A DNA stretch of 64,000 nt from a virus. The notes below the pieces were generated by a model. The model saw only the letters and a program-made list of their open reading frames with translations, was not told the origin of the DNA and ran no database searches. The DNA is taken from the IMG/VR virus record IMGVR_UViG_3300045988_171772, positions 190,917 through 254,916 of that record, one strand, 5' to 3'. Positions 52,916 through 62,853 of the stretch are shown piece by piece (the stretch's first letter is position 1; the number at the start of each line of letters is the position of its first letter). A program made the position numbers and the translations under genes.

Positions 52916-54223
52916 TTAATTCACAGAGTCTTTCTTCTTAAAGAGATCCGCATAGGATTTCTCAGAAGATTCCATATTCTGGATGTCCACCATTTCGTCA
53001 TTGAGTTTATCCATATTGGCATAGACGATAATGCGATAGGTAAGCTCAGGATCAGAGTTGTGCACTGTCAATCTCATGAGACTCCAATCGACAGTAAAGT
53101 CTTTACCTTCTTCCAGTTTATCCTGACCTGCAAATACCAATACTCGGAAAAGAATATCGCTGGGGATATCCGAGGTATCATACTTACGAATGACTTGGAT
53201 ATACTGGGGATGAATGACACAATGAAGATCCAGTGTATCATCTAGATGATAATTCTCCGCTTCTGTCTGGAAGATGGTTGTGGTATACATCTTATATCCA
53301 TTCAGAAGCATGTTATTATCTTCGAAGAGTCTATCCATAGTATAGATCGGAATATAGGAGGTTGTATTCTCACTGACATCCGATCGAATCTGGATATTAA
53401 ACTTATGTGGAGTCATCTCATTTCCATACATGAGAAATACACCAGGCAGATTGAATTCACACCGGATACTGAAAGAGATTTCATAGGTATCATCGACCAT
53501 TCCTTTCTTACTACCCTGGTCAATATTGAGATCTTCTAGGGTAATCATGGCAGGGACTCGATAATACATAAAGAATTCCGGTTGAGAGGTGGAATTCCGA
53601 ATCTTATAGGTGATTGGATAGGAAGAATGACTCTGAAGATAATGCATCATAAGGGGAATATGCTCAGGTTTTGTAAGATCAAAACCATTCATACTCGCCA
53701 TATAGTGAATCAACTCATAGGGTATGACCGATTCCAAGGCAAAGGATCTCTGGTAAGGACCTCCCCATTGCATATTATTCTGCATCATCTTATAGACATC
53801 CAACTGATCCACCAATGTCTGAGTTCGAATGTTACACTCAAATGGAATGGCATCTCGATTCATTCTGAATCCAATGATGATCCGATTCTTCTGATCTTTA
53901 ATCAGAGGATAGACAGACTTGACTGAGATGGCATTGCTATTGGCATAGACATTCGAAGTCAACATGGTATCCGTAAACGGAATATCCTTATTATTCTCAA
54001 ACGAAGGTCTGAGTAAGAAGAGAGGTTTTTCTCTTTTCTTTAACTCTGCATCCGTGAAGAATGCCTGATGCGCTTCCTCTCGGAATACCAACTGAGAAGA
54101 AACGTGAATATAGTTAAAGTAATCCTTAGGAAAGTATCGGAGCAATTCCTGCTCCAACGCTTTGATGACATTACCATAGGTGCATGATGAGGATGTAGAC
54201 CCCATCGAATACAAAATGGGCAT
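52916..54223 (-). CDS. hypothetical protein (435 aa)
   Basis: Long ORF followed by the 17-bp-stem hairpin 52860-52903. Confidence 0.8.
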   Translation of the reverse strand: MPILYSMGSTSSSCTYGNVIKALEQELLRYFPKDYFNYIHVSSQLVFREEAHQAFFTDAELKKREKPLFLLRPSFENNKDIPFTDTMLTSNVYANSNAISVKSVYPLIKDQKNRIIIGFRMNRDAIPFECNIRTQTLVDQLDVYKMMQNNMQWGGPYQRSFALESVIPYELIHYMASMNGFDLTKPEHIPLMMHYLQSHSSYPITYKIRNSTSQPEFFMYYRVPAMITLEDLNIDQGSKKGMVDDTYEISFSIRCEFNLPGVFLMYGNEMTPHKFNIQIRSDVSENTTSYIPIYTMDRLFEDNNMLLNGYKMYTTTIFQTEAENYHLDDTLDLHCVIHPQYIQVIRKYDTSDIPSDILFRVLVFAGQDKLEEGKDFTVDWSLMRLTVHNSDPELTYRIIVYANMDKLNDEMVDIQNMESSEKSYADLFKKKDSVN

Positions 54224-54419
54224 AAGAAATATGCACCTCTTTCTATAGTGAGAGTGTCAAATTCTTATACCCGTGTTTTTGAGCCTTATCCCTTTAAGTC
54301 ACTCTCTTCCAGATGTTCACGACATAGTAAGGTGGCATGAAATATAAATAATTATAGTGCATTAGTTTATAAAAAGAGAGGACCCATATAAATCCCCAAT
54401 AGGATCCTCTCCATATTTT

Positions 54420-54431
54420 TATCCTAGGATA
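54420..54431. repeat. 12-bp palindrome TATCCTAGGATA (copy 1)
   Basis: Exact copy of 54853-54864. I found CCTAGG nowhere else in the window by eye. Confidence 0.6.
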
Positions 54432-54458
54432 GAAACTTAAAGATTAAACGATTTAGTC

Positions 54459-54743
54459 TTAGTTTGTCAAAGGGTTATCCAATGACTGGATGAAGCTGTA
54501 ATACAGATCTCGTAACCCTGGATGCCAGAGCATGAGTTCTCTAAACCACGGCTTATTCTTCCACGAGCAGATAATATATTCTTGGTGGGTGCCAATCATA
54601 TAATTCTGATCGGGAGAATTTGGTATGAGATATCTTGCGGCATTCCATACCTTATAGGCCTCTGTGTTATTACGATGCTCCTTCTGAATATCTACATCAT
54701 GTAGAAACATGACTACATCGTATGGAGTTCGAAGTGACTTCAT
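54459..54743 (-). CDS. hypothetical protein (~94 aa) flanked by identical 12-bp palindromes
   Basis: The track ORF is 54459..54785. The ATG at 54743, preceded by GAAGGAGG with a 7-nt spacer, is preferred. Confidence 0.7.
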   Translation of the reverse strand: MKSLRTPYDVVMFLHDVDIQKEHRNNTEAYKVWNAARYLIPNSPDQNYMIGTHQEYIICSWKNKPWFRELMLWHPGLRDLYYSFIQSLDNPLTN

Positions 54744-54852
54744 AATGAGTCCTCCTTCGATCATTCCCCTAAAAGCACCATTCATCCATTCCTTGTGTCA
54801 GAAGGATAGATGAATGGTGCTAATGCTTTTAATCAAGTCTGTATTGATTTAT

Positions 54853-54864
54853 TATCCTAGGATA
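54853..54864. repeat. 12-bp palindrome TATCCTAGGATA (copy 2), abutting a promoter -10 element
   Basis: Exact copy of 54420-54431. It starts 8 nt downstream (minus sense) of the TATATT core. Confidence 0.6.
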
Positions 54865-54871
54865 CCTAAAT

Positions 54872-54903
54872 AATATATAGACTTTATACAAAGACATTTC
54901 GAA
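54872..54903 (-). promoter_or_regulatory. class I promoter-like motif
   Basis: On the minus strand, TTCGAAAT-N18-TATATTATT. It lies directly after terminator 54909-54966 and directly before palindrome 54853-54864. Confidence 0.5.
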
Positions 54904-54908
54904 TCGAT

Positions 54909-54966
54909 AAAAGAAATAAAGCATAGAATATCAGAGATTGAATGTAATCTCTGATATTCTATGCTT
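54909..54966 (-). terminator. rho-independent terminator after the tail-collar gene
   Basis: 21-bp stem AAGCATAGAATATCAGAGATT/AATCTCTGATATTCTATGCTT followed by TATTTCTTTT on the minus strand. Confidence 0.8.
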
Positions 54967-54973
54967 ATGATTT

Positions 54974-55438
54974 TCACTCAATTCGTTTCCACATATTAAC
55001 CGATAGATAGGGAGGCATATTATTATGTGGAGATGAGGATCCAACAGAACCAGTCTGTGTGGTCTCGGAATTGAGTCTATCACCGAGAAGGCTAGTGGCA
55101 TCGCCTCCTCCATAACTTCCAATTTTAAGATGAGTGTATTCATGACTATGAGAGGGAATCTCCTCTAAAGATAATGTGTGAGTTGCTTCTCCTCCAATAG
55201 ATCCATTGGTATAGGATGAGCTACTACCAAGAAGAAATACTCCCTCTATCTTTTCCCATACTCCCCCGAATAATTGGGATGGAGATGCATCTTGTGTGGA
55301 GATGTAGATAGCTCCCACTGGAAAGAAGCTAAGTTTATCAAAAGTGGTATTGTCTTTGAAGTAGATTCCTTCTGCTCTAGTGATGGGGAATACAGTAGTT
55401 CCATCGTTCTGTTGAAGGATACGAAACTTACTAGACAT
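54974..55438 (-). CDS. phage tail collar domain protein with the fibre N-terminal adaptor motif
   Basis: N-terminus MSSKFRILQQNDGTTVFPITRAEGIYFKDN. HTLSLEEIPSHSHEY and the C-terminal PHNNMPPYLSVNMWKRI match the tail-collar (Collar/MdpB-like) pattern ...lt..emP.H.H... hnN.qPyl.vn..i. Confidence 0.8.
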   Translation of the reverse strand: MSSKFRILQQNDGTTVFPITRAEGIYFKDNTTFDKLSFFPVGAIYISTQDASPSQLFGGVWEKIEGVFLLGSSSSYTNGSIGGEATHTLSLEEIPSHSHEYTHLKIGSYGGGDATSLLGDRLNSETTQTGSVGSSSPHNNMPPYLSVNMWKRIE

Positions 55439-55616
55439 TCTCTAGTCACTCTTTCTTGTATAAAGTATATAGTCTCATAGGAAGGATCTGTATAACAAAG
55501 TAAGGCTATGAAATTGTTTTTTTTTCATTTGGATGAAGTTTTTGATAGGAAGAGAAATAAAAAAGATAGGCTATATTGCAAGCCTATCTTTTTATCTGTT
55601 ATAGAGAGATTCTGGA

Positions 55617-56048
55617 TTACCAGCAGAAGGTGAGAGATTCGGGATACAAAGAGTCAACCTTGACGACATTGACCTGGATGTCGTTACTGTCTCCCCATTT
55701 CTGGAGGTTGTCAAAGAAATACTTCCGGAACTCATCCGAAAGTTTCACATCGTTACCGTCCAATCCATAAGAGATGACGGTCTCGGTATCAATCACGACG
55801 CTGAAGGCACCAGTGGAAGCATAATACTCCAGTTTCTCAGTGAGTTTCTTGATGATCTTGTCCATGATGAGATCATAGTTCTCATAGATACTGGTCTTCT
55901 CTTTGGCGATCTTGTGGAGTTTCTCTCCGAGGGTTTCATTCGAACGTACTACATCGGAAGTAGAAGCGCTTCCTTCCATCTTTCGATTCGGACTGGTTGC
56001 GATAAGTCCATTGGCAAGTCCGTCAATGGTATGACCAAAGATACTCAT
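55617..56048 (-). CDS. hypothetical protein (143 aa), last gene of the PPK-like operon
   Basis: ORF with GGAGGAATAA upstream, 4 nt after the previous stop. Confidence 0.75.
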   Translation of the reverse strand: MSIFGHTIDGLANGLIATSPNRKMEGSASTSDVVRSNETLGEKLHKIAKEKTSIYENYDLIMDKIIKKLTEKLEYYASTGAFSVVIDTETVISYGLDGNDVKLSDEFRKYFFDNLQKWGDSNDIQVNVVKVDSLYPESLTFCW

Positions 56049-56052
56049 AGGG

Positions 56053-56403
56053 TTATTCCTCCGGATTTCTGAGTGTGATTAAGAATATTCCATGAAAGAC
56101 CTGAGTCTCCAAATCCTTCATGGATGCATCCTGAATCTTAAATGTGACATCAAAAGAAGATTTTGGAATTACCTGATGAATCCGAGTGCGGATAACAGGG
56201 ATTGCTGTTTCGATCATCTTCTTCTGAATATTAAGAGCTCTTCTTTCACTTCCAATCTCTACAGAGTTGAATCCTATTTCCAATCCTTTGATGATACATT
56301 GAAGATCATTGAGAATTTTACCCATATCGGAGAAGTCAGGACTCAGAGTGCTATTGGAAGTGAATCCATTGAATCCTATATGAAATTGCACTTCATACTT
56401 CAT
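56053..56403 (-). CDS. hypothetical protein (116 aa)
   Basis: Its start overlaps the stop of the PPK-like gene, indicating coupling. Confidence 0.75.
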   Translation of the reverse strand: MKYEVQFHIGFNGFTSNSTLSPDFSDMGKILNDLQCIIKGLEIGFNSVEIGSERRALNIQKKMIETAIPVIRTRIHQVIPKSSFDVTFKIQDASMKDLETQVFHGIFLITLRNPEE

Positions 56404-58586
56404 TATCTACGAACCCTCCATTTCAGAGACAGTTTATCCAACTGATAGTTGCAGCTATCCCAAATCTTGTTGATATATTCATCAATGGGAACACCTTCTC
56501 CGATATCCACCATATTATCAAAGATATTGAATCTCTGATATACATTGGTGTGCTTCCCGAGAGGAAGCTTCAGGAGAATCTCCAATCTCCTCTTCATGTT
56601 TCTCTTCATGAGATCTGCAGAGGAGATAAAGACTTCATCTCCGATCATATAGAGACGACTATGCTCAAGATATTTGGATACCTTGGATCTTGCCTCCATA
56701 TTCTTGGATACAGGAGAGAAGACAATGGAAGTACGAATCATGAATCGAGCATTTCCAGAATAGTTTGGAATCACAAAGCTATCCAGGAAAGAAGGATCTG
56801 TGAAGTTATTGCACTTCAGGAAGATATCCTTATCGTCACTAACGGCAACTCTCATGGATTCTTTGAGTTTTCCTTTGGCAGAGATGGGAGTGATGAAGAG
56901 ACTCCGATTGTTGAAATCCATCCACCAGTCATATCCAGATTTGAAATCTCCTCCACTAAAGAGAATTTTAAAGAGATATAGAAGCTCCAGATTGATCTTT
57001 TCTTCCGTGGTGATATAATGAAGATCCACATACTGACCCATCGTCTTGGTATTGAAGTTCCCTGTGGAGATCATCGAAAGAAGAGAATTGTCATCATAGA
57101 TGATCTGCCAAGCTTTCATGTGAACTTTCAATCCATGGCAGGAGTGCTTGACATGAACACCAGCTTCTTTCAATTCCTTGATAATCTTCTGATTTGCCTT
57201 CTCATCTCCACGAGCAGTGGGTTCGATATAAGCATATACGAAGACTCCCTTTCGGACAAGATCTTCGAGTCTTTCAACGAGATACCGATTCTCTCCAAGA
57301 CGATAGAGAGAAATGAAGACAGTCCGGATCTTTTTCTTCTGAAGATTCTCCAGAGGATGGAAGAGAAATCTCCAAGGAACTCCGGGAGTCTCAAAGAGTC
57401 TGGATTTATTCGGATAACTGCTGATCAGACTATCATACCAATTTGTATATGTCAGATTGGTATTGACCTTATTCTCCACAGACTTTTCCTTCATCTTGTC
57501 AATGAGATTCTTGAAGATGGAATCATCCGGAAGGGTGGATCCATCATTCTTACTGATGAAGAGAATCGTGTTGGGAATGTTATGGACAAACTCATCCACA
57601 GCAAGAATCTCCGGATAAGGTACCTGAAAGAATGTAGCATTCCCAAAGGAAGGACGTTTCTTCAGAGTATATTTGGAGATCTCCTCCGAATAAGAAAACT
57701 GACTGGGACGAGGATAGGAAATAACTGCAGAATATCTCATGATCTGATTGCTGGTATTGACGACCAGATCATAGTCAGCATCCTGACCAACTTCATCCAC
57801 TCGTGCATTGGGAATGCATCTTGCAAAGGTTGGAAGAGTGAAATAATTCGGATTCTCAAAAGACTGAGATTTCTTCAGATAGTCTTCCTTCCATTCCGAT
57901 ACATGGCTCCGGAAGTATTCCGATAGATCAAAGTCTTCTTCCACCAGAGGAAGATCGATGCAATCCTCAATAGGAGCACCATCTTTGATCATACCAGCAC
58001 CAGGGAAGAACTTCTTCACTTCGTAGAAATACCGAAGATCTACACCAGGCTCGTTATGGTGAGCGACGCTATCATAATAGAGCTTCGGATACTTGTTAAA
58101 TCCTTCTCTATTCTTGTCGGTAGAGGGATCCATTCTCTTTGTATTCCAATCATAGGATGTATGAATGGGATAGAATGCAAAGAGACCTTTCTCATGAACC
58201 TTGGCGAAGTTTCTAAAGACGTAGGGATACGTCTTTTGCCAGGTATCATAATACTTCTTGATGAAGCTGTGGAGTTCGATCGCCATATAGGTAAGAAACT
58301 TCTGGACATGGATATCGATCTCCGATTTATATTTCGGATTTGTGATCTTGGGATAATTGACAGAGAGGAATTCCATCAGATTATCCATGGCGATTTTCGT
58401 ATAATTCAGATAGGATGCAGGATCATCACTGACATGCATCCTTCCATACTCATAGACTCTGACAGCAAAGTCTATGGTGCCTGTGTAACGATCAATAGCA
58501 AGAGCTCCCTCTTCCGATACATGACGTTGCGTTTCATTATCGAAATACTCCTGAATATCCATGATCGTTTTGCTCATTTCATCCAT
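56403..58586 (-). CDS. ppk: polyphosphate kinase 1 (PPK1)-like protein: canonical C1/C2 catalytic domains with a divergent ~370-aa N-terminus
   Basis: FLFHPLENL ~ LLHHPYESF (phospho-His motif). ISLYRLGENRYLVERLEDLVRKGVFVYAYIEPTARGDEKANQKIIKELKEAGVHVKHSCHGLKVHMKA ~ TLYR..DSPIV.AL..AA..GK.V.V.VELKARFDEEANI.WA..LEEAGVHV.YG..GLKTHAK. STGNFNTKTMGQYVDL ~ GTGNYN.KTA..YTD. KYLEHSRLYMIGDEVFISSADLMKRNMKRRLE ~ RFLEHSRIY.F....YIGSADWM.RNL.RRVE. Confidence 0.8.
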   Translation of the reverse strand: MDEMSKTIMDIQEYFDNETQRHVSEEGALAIDRYTGTIDFAVRVYEYGRMHVSDDPASYLNYTKIAMDNLMEFLSVNYPKITNPKYKSEIDIHVQKFLTYMAIELHSFIKKYYDTWQKTYPYVFRNFAKVHEKGLFAFYPIHTSYDWNTKRMDPSTDKNREGFNKYPKLYYDSVAHHNEPGVDLRYFYEVKKFFPGAGMIKDGAPIEDCIDLPLVEEDFDLSEYFRSHVSEWKEDYLKKSQSFENPNYFTLPTFARCIPNARVDEVGQDADYDLVVNTSNQIMRYSAVISYPRPSQFSYSEEISKYTLKKRPSFGNATFFQVPYPEILAVDEFVHNIPNTILFISKNDGSTLPDDSIFKNLIDKMKEKSVENKVNTNLTYTNWYDSLISSYPNKSRLFETPGVPWRFLFHPLENLQKKKIRTVFISLYRLGENRYLVERLEDLVRKGVFVYAYIEPTARGDEKANQKIIKELKEAGVHVKHSCHGLKVHMKAWQIIYDDNSLLSMISTGNFNTKTMGQYVDLHYITTEEKINLELLYLFKILFSGGDFKSGYDWWMDFNNRSLFITPISAKGKLKESMRVAVSDDKDIFLKCNNFTDPSFLDSFVIPNYSGNARFMIRTSIVFSPVSKNMEARSKVSKYLEHSRLYMIGDEVFISSADLMKRNMKRRLEILLKLPLGKHTNVYQRFNIFDNMVDIGEGVPIDEYINKIWDSCNYQLDKLSLKWRVRR

Positions 58587-58632
58587 ATAATGACCTCCTT
58601 AAGATGTGTGAATGAATATCTCATATCAAAAT

Positions 58633-58663
58633 AATATATAAAGAAATACCCATTCAATTTCAA
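58633..58663 (-). promoter_or_regulatory. class I promoter-like motif upstream of the PPK-like operon
   Basis: On the minus strand, TTGAAAT-N18-TATATTATT, ~45 nt upstream of ATG 58586. Confidence 0.5.
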
Positions 58664-58684
58664 TTTACAAAGGAGTGTGTACCA

Positions 58685-59236
58685 ATGGTAGAATGTATTA
58701 AGAAGGAATTTCTGAAAGAGACCGTTGAGAATGCCTGGAAGAATTACAAGTTCGAAGATGTGATCATTCAGAGTGTCAACTCAATCTTTACAAAAGCTTA
58801 TACCAACATGATCATGAAGATCAATCGACTCGGAGAGACACCGACCTTTGATTATTCCAGAATTGGATGTGCTGGTATCACCGGTAGTGTAGAGATTGCC
58901 AATAAAGCTATCTATAATAAGGAGAATGAACTCAAAGGACCGGAAGATCTTGCTAAGAGTATCTCGATTGCGATTGAGAAACTTAAAGAGGCTGGATATG
59001 AGGTTCGCATTATTACCGACAGAATCAGCTTTGATCTCAAAGATGGTGGTAAGCTTCCGGAGTTCTTCTTTTCTCTCTATGTGGCTCCCTTCAATGTGGA
59101 GGAATATGCAGACGAAGCTGCTACCTTTAGTAGAGCCGAAAAATGTCCTGTGGTGACAGAAACCACACAGGAAGAAATTCTGAATGCTCTGCTGTCTGAT
59201 AAATATCAGATGGAAAAAGAAGAGGAAGACGATTAA
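58685..59236 (+). CDS. hypothetical protein (183 aa) with an acidic C-terminus
   Basis: Plus-strand ORF with AAAGGAGTG upstream, divergent from the PPK-like operon. Confidence 0.75.
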   Translation: MVECIKKEFLKETVENAWKNYKFEDVIIQSVNSIFTKAYTNMIMKINRLGETPTFDYSRIGCAGITGSVEIANKAIYNKENELKGPEDLAKSISIAIEKLKEAGYEVRIITDRISFDLKDGGKLPEFFFSLYVAPFNVEEYADEAATFSRAEKCPVVTETTQEEILNALLSDKYQMEKEEEDD

Positions 59237-59296
59237 AGAAATAAAATACCCAGGAAGATTCAAGTAGTATCATTGAATCTTCCTGGGTATATTTTC

Positions 59297-60991
59297 TCAT
59301 TTTATTTCCTTTCGTTTTCTTTGGATTTCAACCTCTGTATCTTTAGAGGATTTCTTCTTAGAATTCGATACATTTGTATGATCTTTCTGGTGTCTCTTGA
59401 CTGCAGGATCCTTTTTGGTTGCACTCATAGGAGCTTCTATATGCATCTCCTTCAAGAGAGATTTGGCAAAGTCGATCTGACCGCTATCTCCACAAGAAAG
59501 ATTGGCAATCTCCTTGATAGCTGCAATACAATCCTCTTTGTCTGTATAGGCATCCATGATGGCATAACACATAGACCGACTTGTCTCATACATAGCACAC
59601 CGAATGGGGAAATTATCATCGGTGGAGGGATCTACATTTTTGCAGAGCCAATTCAAGAGAATCATATTGTGTTGCTCAATGGCTACCATATAATAGATGG
59701 AAGCATTCTCAATGACCATTCCTTTAGACATCAGATAGTCCATGAGATCTGCTTTGGTCTTATATCCAAGAATAGCAGGTCCTGGATTTCTACAGGCAAG
59801 TCTACCAAAGATAGATCCTTCTTTATTGAAGCTGACCTCATGCTCAATGTTAAATTTGATGAGCTCTTCATAGCATCCATTGAGATTGAAGAGAGGAGAC
59901 CATGGTTCTCTCACATAGGTATTGATATCAAAGCAGTCATTGAAGGCATCCATTAGATTGGTAGATCTACTACTGGAGCATTCAGAGACACAAGTTTGAT
60001 AGAGAAGCTGAATATAGGAAGGAATCTTTGCAGTATTCCCATCAATGGTTTTCATATTATTCTTAAGCTCAAGAAGAATACCACGAATGTAATCTCCTAC
60101 ATATCCATCTTTTCCTTTTGATTTCAATACCATAAAGAGCATGGTAACTCGATCTTCTACCTTATTCCTTCTCATAAAGATCTCCATAGGATGATCCTTA
60201 TGGGAAGGACCATGATACTCTGTATCCAGATAGGGATATTGCTTATCCACCACAGTCAAGAATAGATCAGCATAGCTATTCTTTAACTTCTTAGGATAGA
60301 GATTATCTGGAATCAATTCAGAGAGTCTGACCATCTTGGTCTTCCATTCAGAATCAAACATCTCCCAGATAGGCTCATGATAGAATTTGATGTAATACAT
60401 GATCTTGTGATTCAGATTCTCATCTTCATGAGTCTCAAATGCATCGAATAACTTTGATACAGATATTGCTATGCTGATATTGGAAGAATGACCCTTACGA
60501 AAATAAAAGAATCCATAGATCCTGGAAGATAATGGATCTACGGATTCCACCTTTGTTGGATTTGTAGAATATTTCTCAGGATATCTAGCCGCCATCAGCA
60601 TAGCAGAAAGGAAGGTAAAAATATAATACTCCAGACAGATATTGACGATCTCTGCCTGGTATTTCTTAACAGCTCTCTGTTTATCGAGAGTGGTAGAATT
60701 GTCACTCTGAAGAAGTGTGATGAGATTCTTATAGGATTCCTCATGCTTGTATCGTTGCGCATTGAGATACTCGATATGATCAGAAGATTCTTCAATGAGT
60801 CTCTTCATCTTACGGATATCAGTAAGAAGGAATTGATTCTGCAAAAACTCCTTCTTTTTATCGGCAGACTCAAATTTCTGAGCCCATTTTCCGAGGCTAT
60901 AGAATCTTGTAAAGAAGTTCTTATTTGTGTTATGCTCGACTTTATCATTGACTTCTTGGTAGATTCTTTCTCTCCATTCATATAGAGTCAT
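59297..60991 (-). CDS. hypothetical protein (564 aa) with a Lys-rich C-terminal tail
   Basis: Long ORF with GAAAGGATGAAA upstream, divergent from the beta-prime gene. Confidence 0.8.
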   Translation of the reverse strand: MTLYEWRERIYQEVNDKVEHNTNKNFFTRFYSLGKWAQKFESADKKKEFLQNQFLLTDIRKMKRLIEESSDHIEYLNAQRYKHEESYKNLITLLQSDNSTTLDKQRAVKKYQAEIVNICLEYYIFTFLSAMLMAARYPEKYSTNPTKVESVDPLSSRIYGFFYFRKGHSSNISIAISVSKLFDAFETHEDENLNHKIMYYIKFYHEPIWEMFDSEWKTKMVRLSELIPDNLYPKKLKNSYADLFLTVVDKQYPYLDTEYHGPSHKDHPMEIFMRRNKVEDRVTMLFMVLKSKGKDGYVGDYIRGILLELKNNMKTIDGNTAKIPSYIQLLYQTCVSECSSSRSTNLMDAFNDCFDINTYVREPWSPLFNLNGCYEELIKFNIEHEVSFNKEGSIFGRLACRNPGPAILGYKTKADLMDYLMSKGMVIENASIYYMVAIEQHNMILLNWLCKNVDPSTDDNFPIRCAMYETSRSMCYAIMDAYTDKEDCIAAIKEIANLSCGDSGQIDFAKSLLKEMHIEAPMSATKKDPAVKRHQKDHTNVSNSKKKSSKDTEVEIQRKRKEIK

Positions 60992-61146
60992 TCGGATTTC
61001 ATCCTTTCTCCTTTTGGCGGAAGTTTTGGTTGTAACGGATGTTAATTGGAATGTGTGGGTGTTAATTCCTAAATATAAATTCGAAGTCTCTATGATACAT
61101 TACAACTAATTCATGGCTTCTTCTTTGCATTGTAATCTTTTATTTT

Positions 61147-61159
61147 GTATATCATTATG
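61147..61159 (+). promoter_or_regulatory. class II promoter-like motif upstream of beta-prime exon 1
   Basis: On the plus strand, GTATATCATTATG, 60 nt upstream of ATG 61220. Confidence 0.4.
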
Positions 61160-61219
61160 CTTGTCTAAGGCTATAATGCAAAACTTAATACGGAAGCCTG
61201 GATAAAGGAGGAAACGTTT

Positions 61220-62135
61220 ATGTCCTATAATGGTACCAAAATCAAAAATGCCAGAGTTGTGAAATTGGACCTGGACAATGAATGCGACTATGATCTCGCC
61301 ATAGGTCGAGGTATTCGCCTTCAATCGACAGAGTCCTTTCACAAATCCGAAAAGGTAGAAGACGGTCTCCAGTCTCCATTCTTCGGAACGGATTTCTCGG
61401 ATGAATTGTCTTTTGCTGAGAGGTATCGATGTCAATGTGGTTACATGATCGGGATGATGTATGAAGGAGAGATCTGTCCTAAGTGTGGAACTCCAGTCAC
61501 CTATGTCCCTGTGGACATGAAGAAGACTGGATGGATTATCCTGAATTGCTTCAAGGTCATGTCTCCCATCTATGCCATGAAACTCTCGGAAGCACTCGGA
61601 ACCGCTGATGGTGAGAAAGTGCTTACGAGAATTCTGTCGAGAGATTTTGACCAGGATGAATCGGACGAACATGCTGTCATTCTCAGAGAGAAAGAAGCCG
61701 AGCTGAGAAAGAAACATCCTTTCGTCTATAAGGGCACTCAATGGTTTGTCGATCACTTTGAAGAGGTGATCAAATTCTACATGGCCAAGAAACCCGGAAA
61801 GAGAAAGCTGTTTGAAGAGCTCCTTCATGATAAGGATAAGGTATTCACCTCTTGTATCCCTGTCATTACAGCAACCCTTCGTTCTGAGACTCCTGGTGAA
61901 AAAGATCGGAAGTTAATTAAATTCCGTATCAATACCATCTATTCTGCCATCATTCGTCTTACCAATGAGATCAACGAGATGGGAGATATCAAAAATCTCG
62001 ATGATGTCAAATTGGTGACAGTAGACAGATACCTCTGTAGCATTCACAAAGAAATTCTTCAGCTCTTTGATGAGCTTTTTAATATCCTCAATGGTAAGAA
62101 AGGAACCATTGCCTCCAGGATTATTGCCGGTCGGT
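61220..62135 (+). CDS. rpoC: RNAP beta-prime N-terminal half, exon 1
   Basis: AAAGGAGGAAA SD. Zinc-binding CQCGYMIGMMYEGEICPKCGTPV. GKKGTIASRIIAGR ~ GKQGRFRQNLLGKR. The exon ends at the U of GUCGGU, which pairs with GCCGAC at 62151-62156 (P1). Confidence 0.8.
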
Positions 62136-62584
62136 GGACAAAAATGTTATGCCGACATTAAACTCCTTGAACTGCCTGGAAAATCAATAAGATCTATATT
62201 TGTCCCATACATACACAAATTTCTTGTCGGATCTTATTTGACAATCAGCAGCTAAGGGTCAAAATATAAGCTTCATTATGATAGAAAGAATATGAAGTTT
62301 GACCAAAGTTCAACGACTATCGAAAGGGTATCCTATAAGAGCAATCTTTAGGAGAGTAACTGAGTAGAGTACCGCCATGATTCATAAAGATGGACGTGGT
62401 TAGTATCTTGGTGAGATGTAACCAAGTGTAATTCTATTAAAGGGAAGCGGGGAGTACGAGGTTGAAAGGCATCAACCGTTTATGTCCCTATGGGATATAT
62501 GAAGTAATGATATAGTCTAAGCACAAAACTACGAAGAGATTTTAGTCTTCTTATTAAGAAAGACTAAAAAATGACGTAGCATCG
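62136..62584 (+). ncRNA. group I intron 1 (449 nt, ORF-less, IA-like)
   Basis: P1 pairing with a U.G at the 5' splice site. P7 halves are GACTAT (62315-62320) and ATGATATAGTC (62509-62517), matching the Tetrahymena and T4 td J8/7-P7 consensus. The terminal G is at 62584. Splicing restores RYNFSTRNIV ~ [10 protein letters not shown] in frame. The intron is homologous to intron 2. Confidence 0.7.
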
Positions 62585-62853
62585 ATAATTTTTCGACAAG
62601 GAACATCGTCAGTGCTTCATCTGGCGAGCTTCGGAGCAATGAAGTTGACATTTGCTATCTCGATGCGATGGAGCTTTTCCGTTATGAGCTGACAAATCTC
62701 TATGCAAAATTGAAATCTTGCACTGTTGAGGAAGCTCAGCAAGCTTGGTATAGAGCAACTCGTTTCTTCGATCCTGTCTTTTATGGGATCATGAAGTATA
62801 TCATAGCTCATAATAAGGATGATATTGGAATCATCATCAACCGTAACCCGAGT
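62585..62853 (+). CDS. rpoC: RNAP beta-prime N-terminal half, exon 2
   Basis: It encodes (Y)NFSTRNIVSASSGELRSNEVDICYLDAMELFRYEL...IIINRNPS, matching [33 protein letters not shown]...NRAPT. Confidence 0.7.

Noticed and set aside
59297-60991. Calling the 564-aa protein, or the 459-, 492- or 435-aa unknowns, the phage-nucleus shell protein (chimallin)
   Set aside because: No sequence motif I can recognise supports it. The idea rests only on the co-occurrence of PhuZ and split RNAP genes, so it is kept as an open question rather than an annotation.
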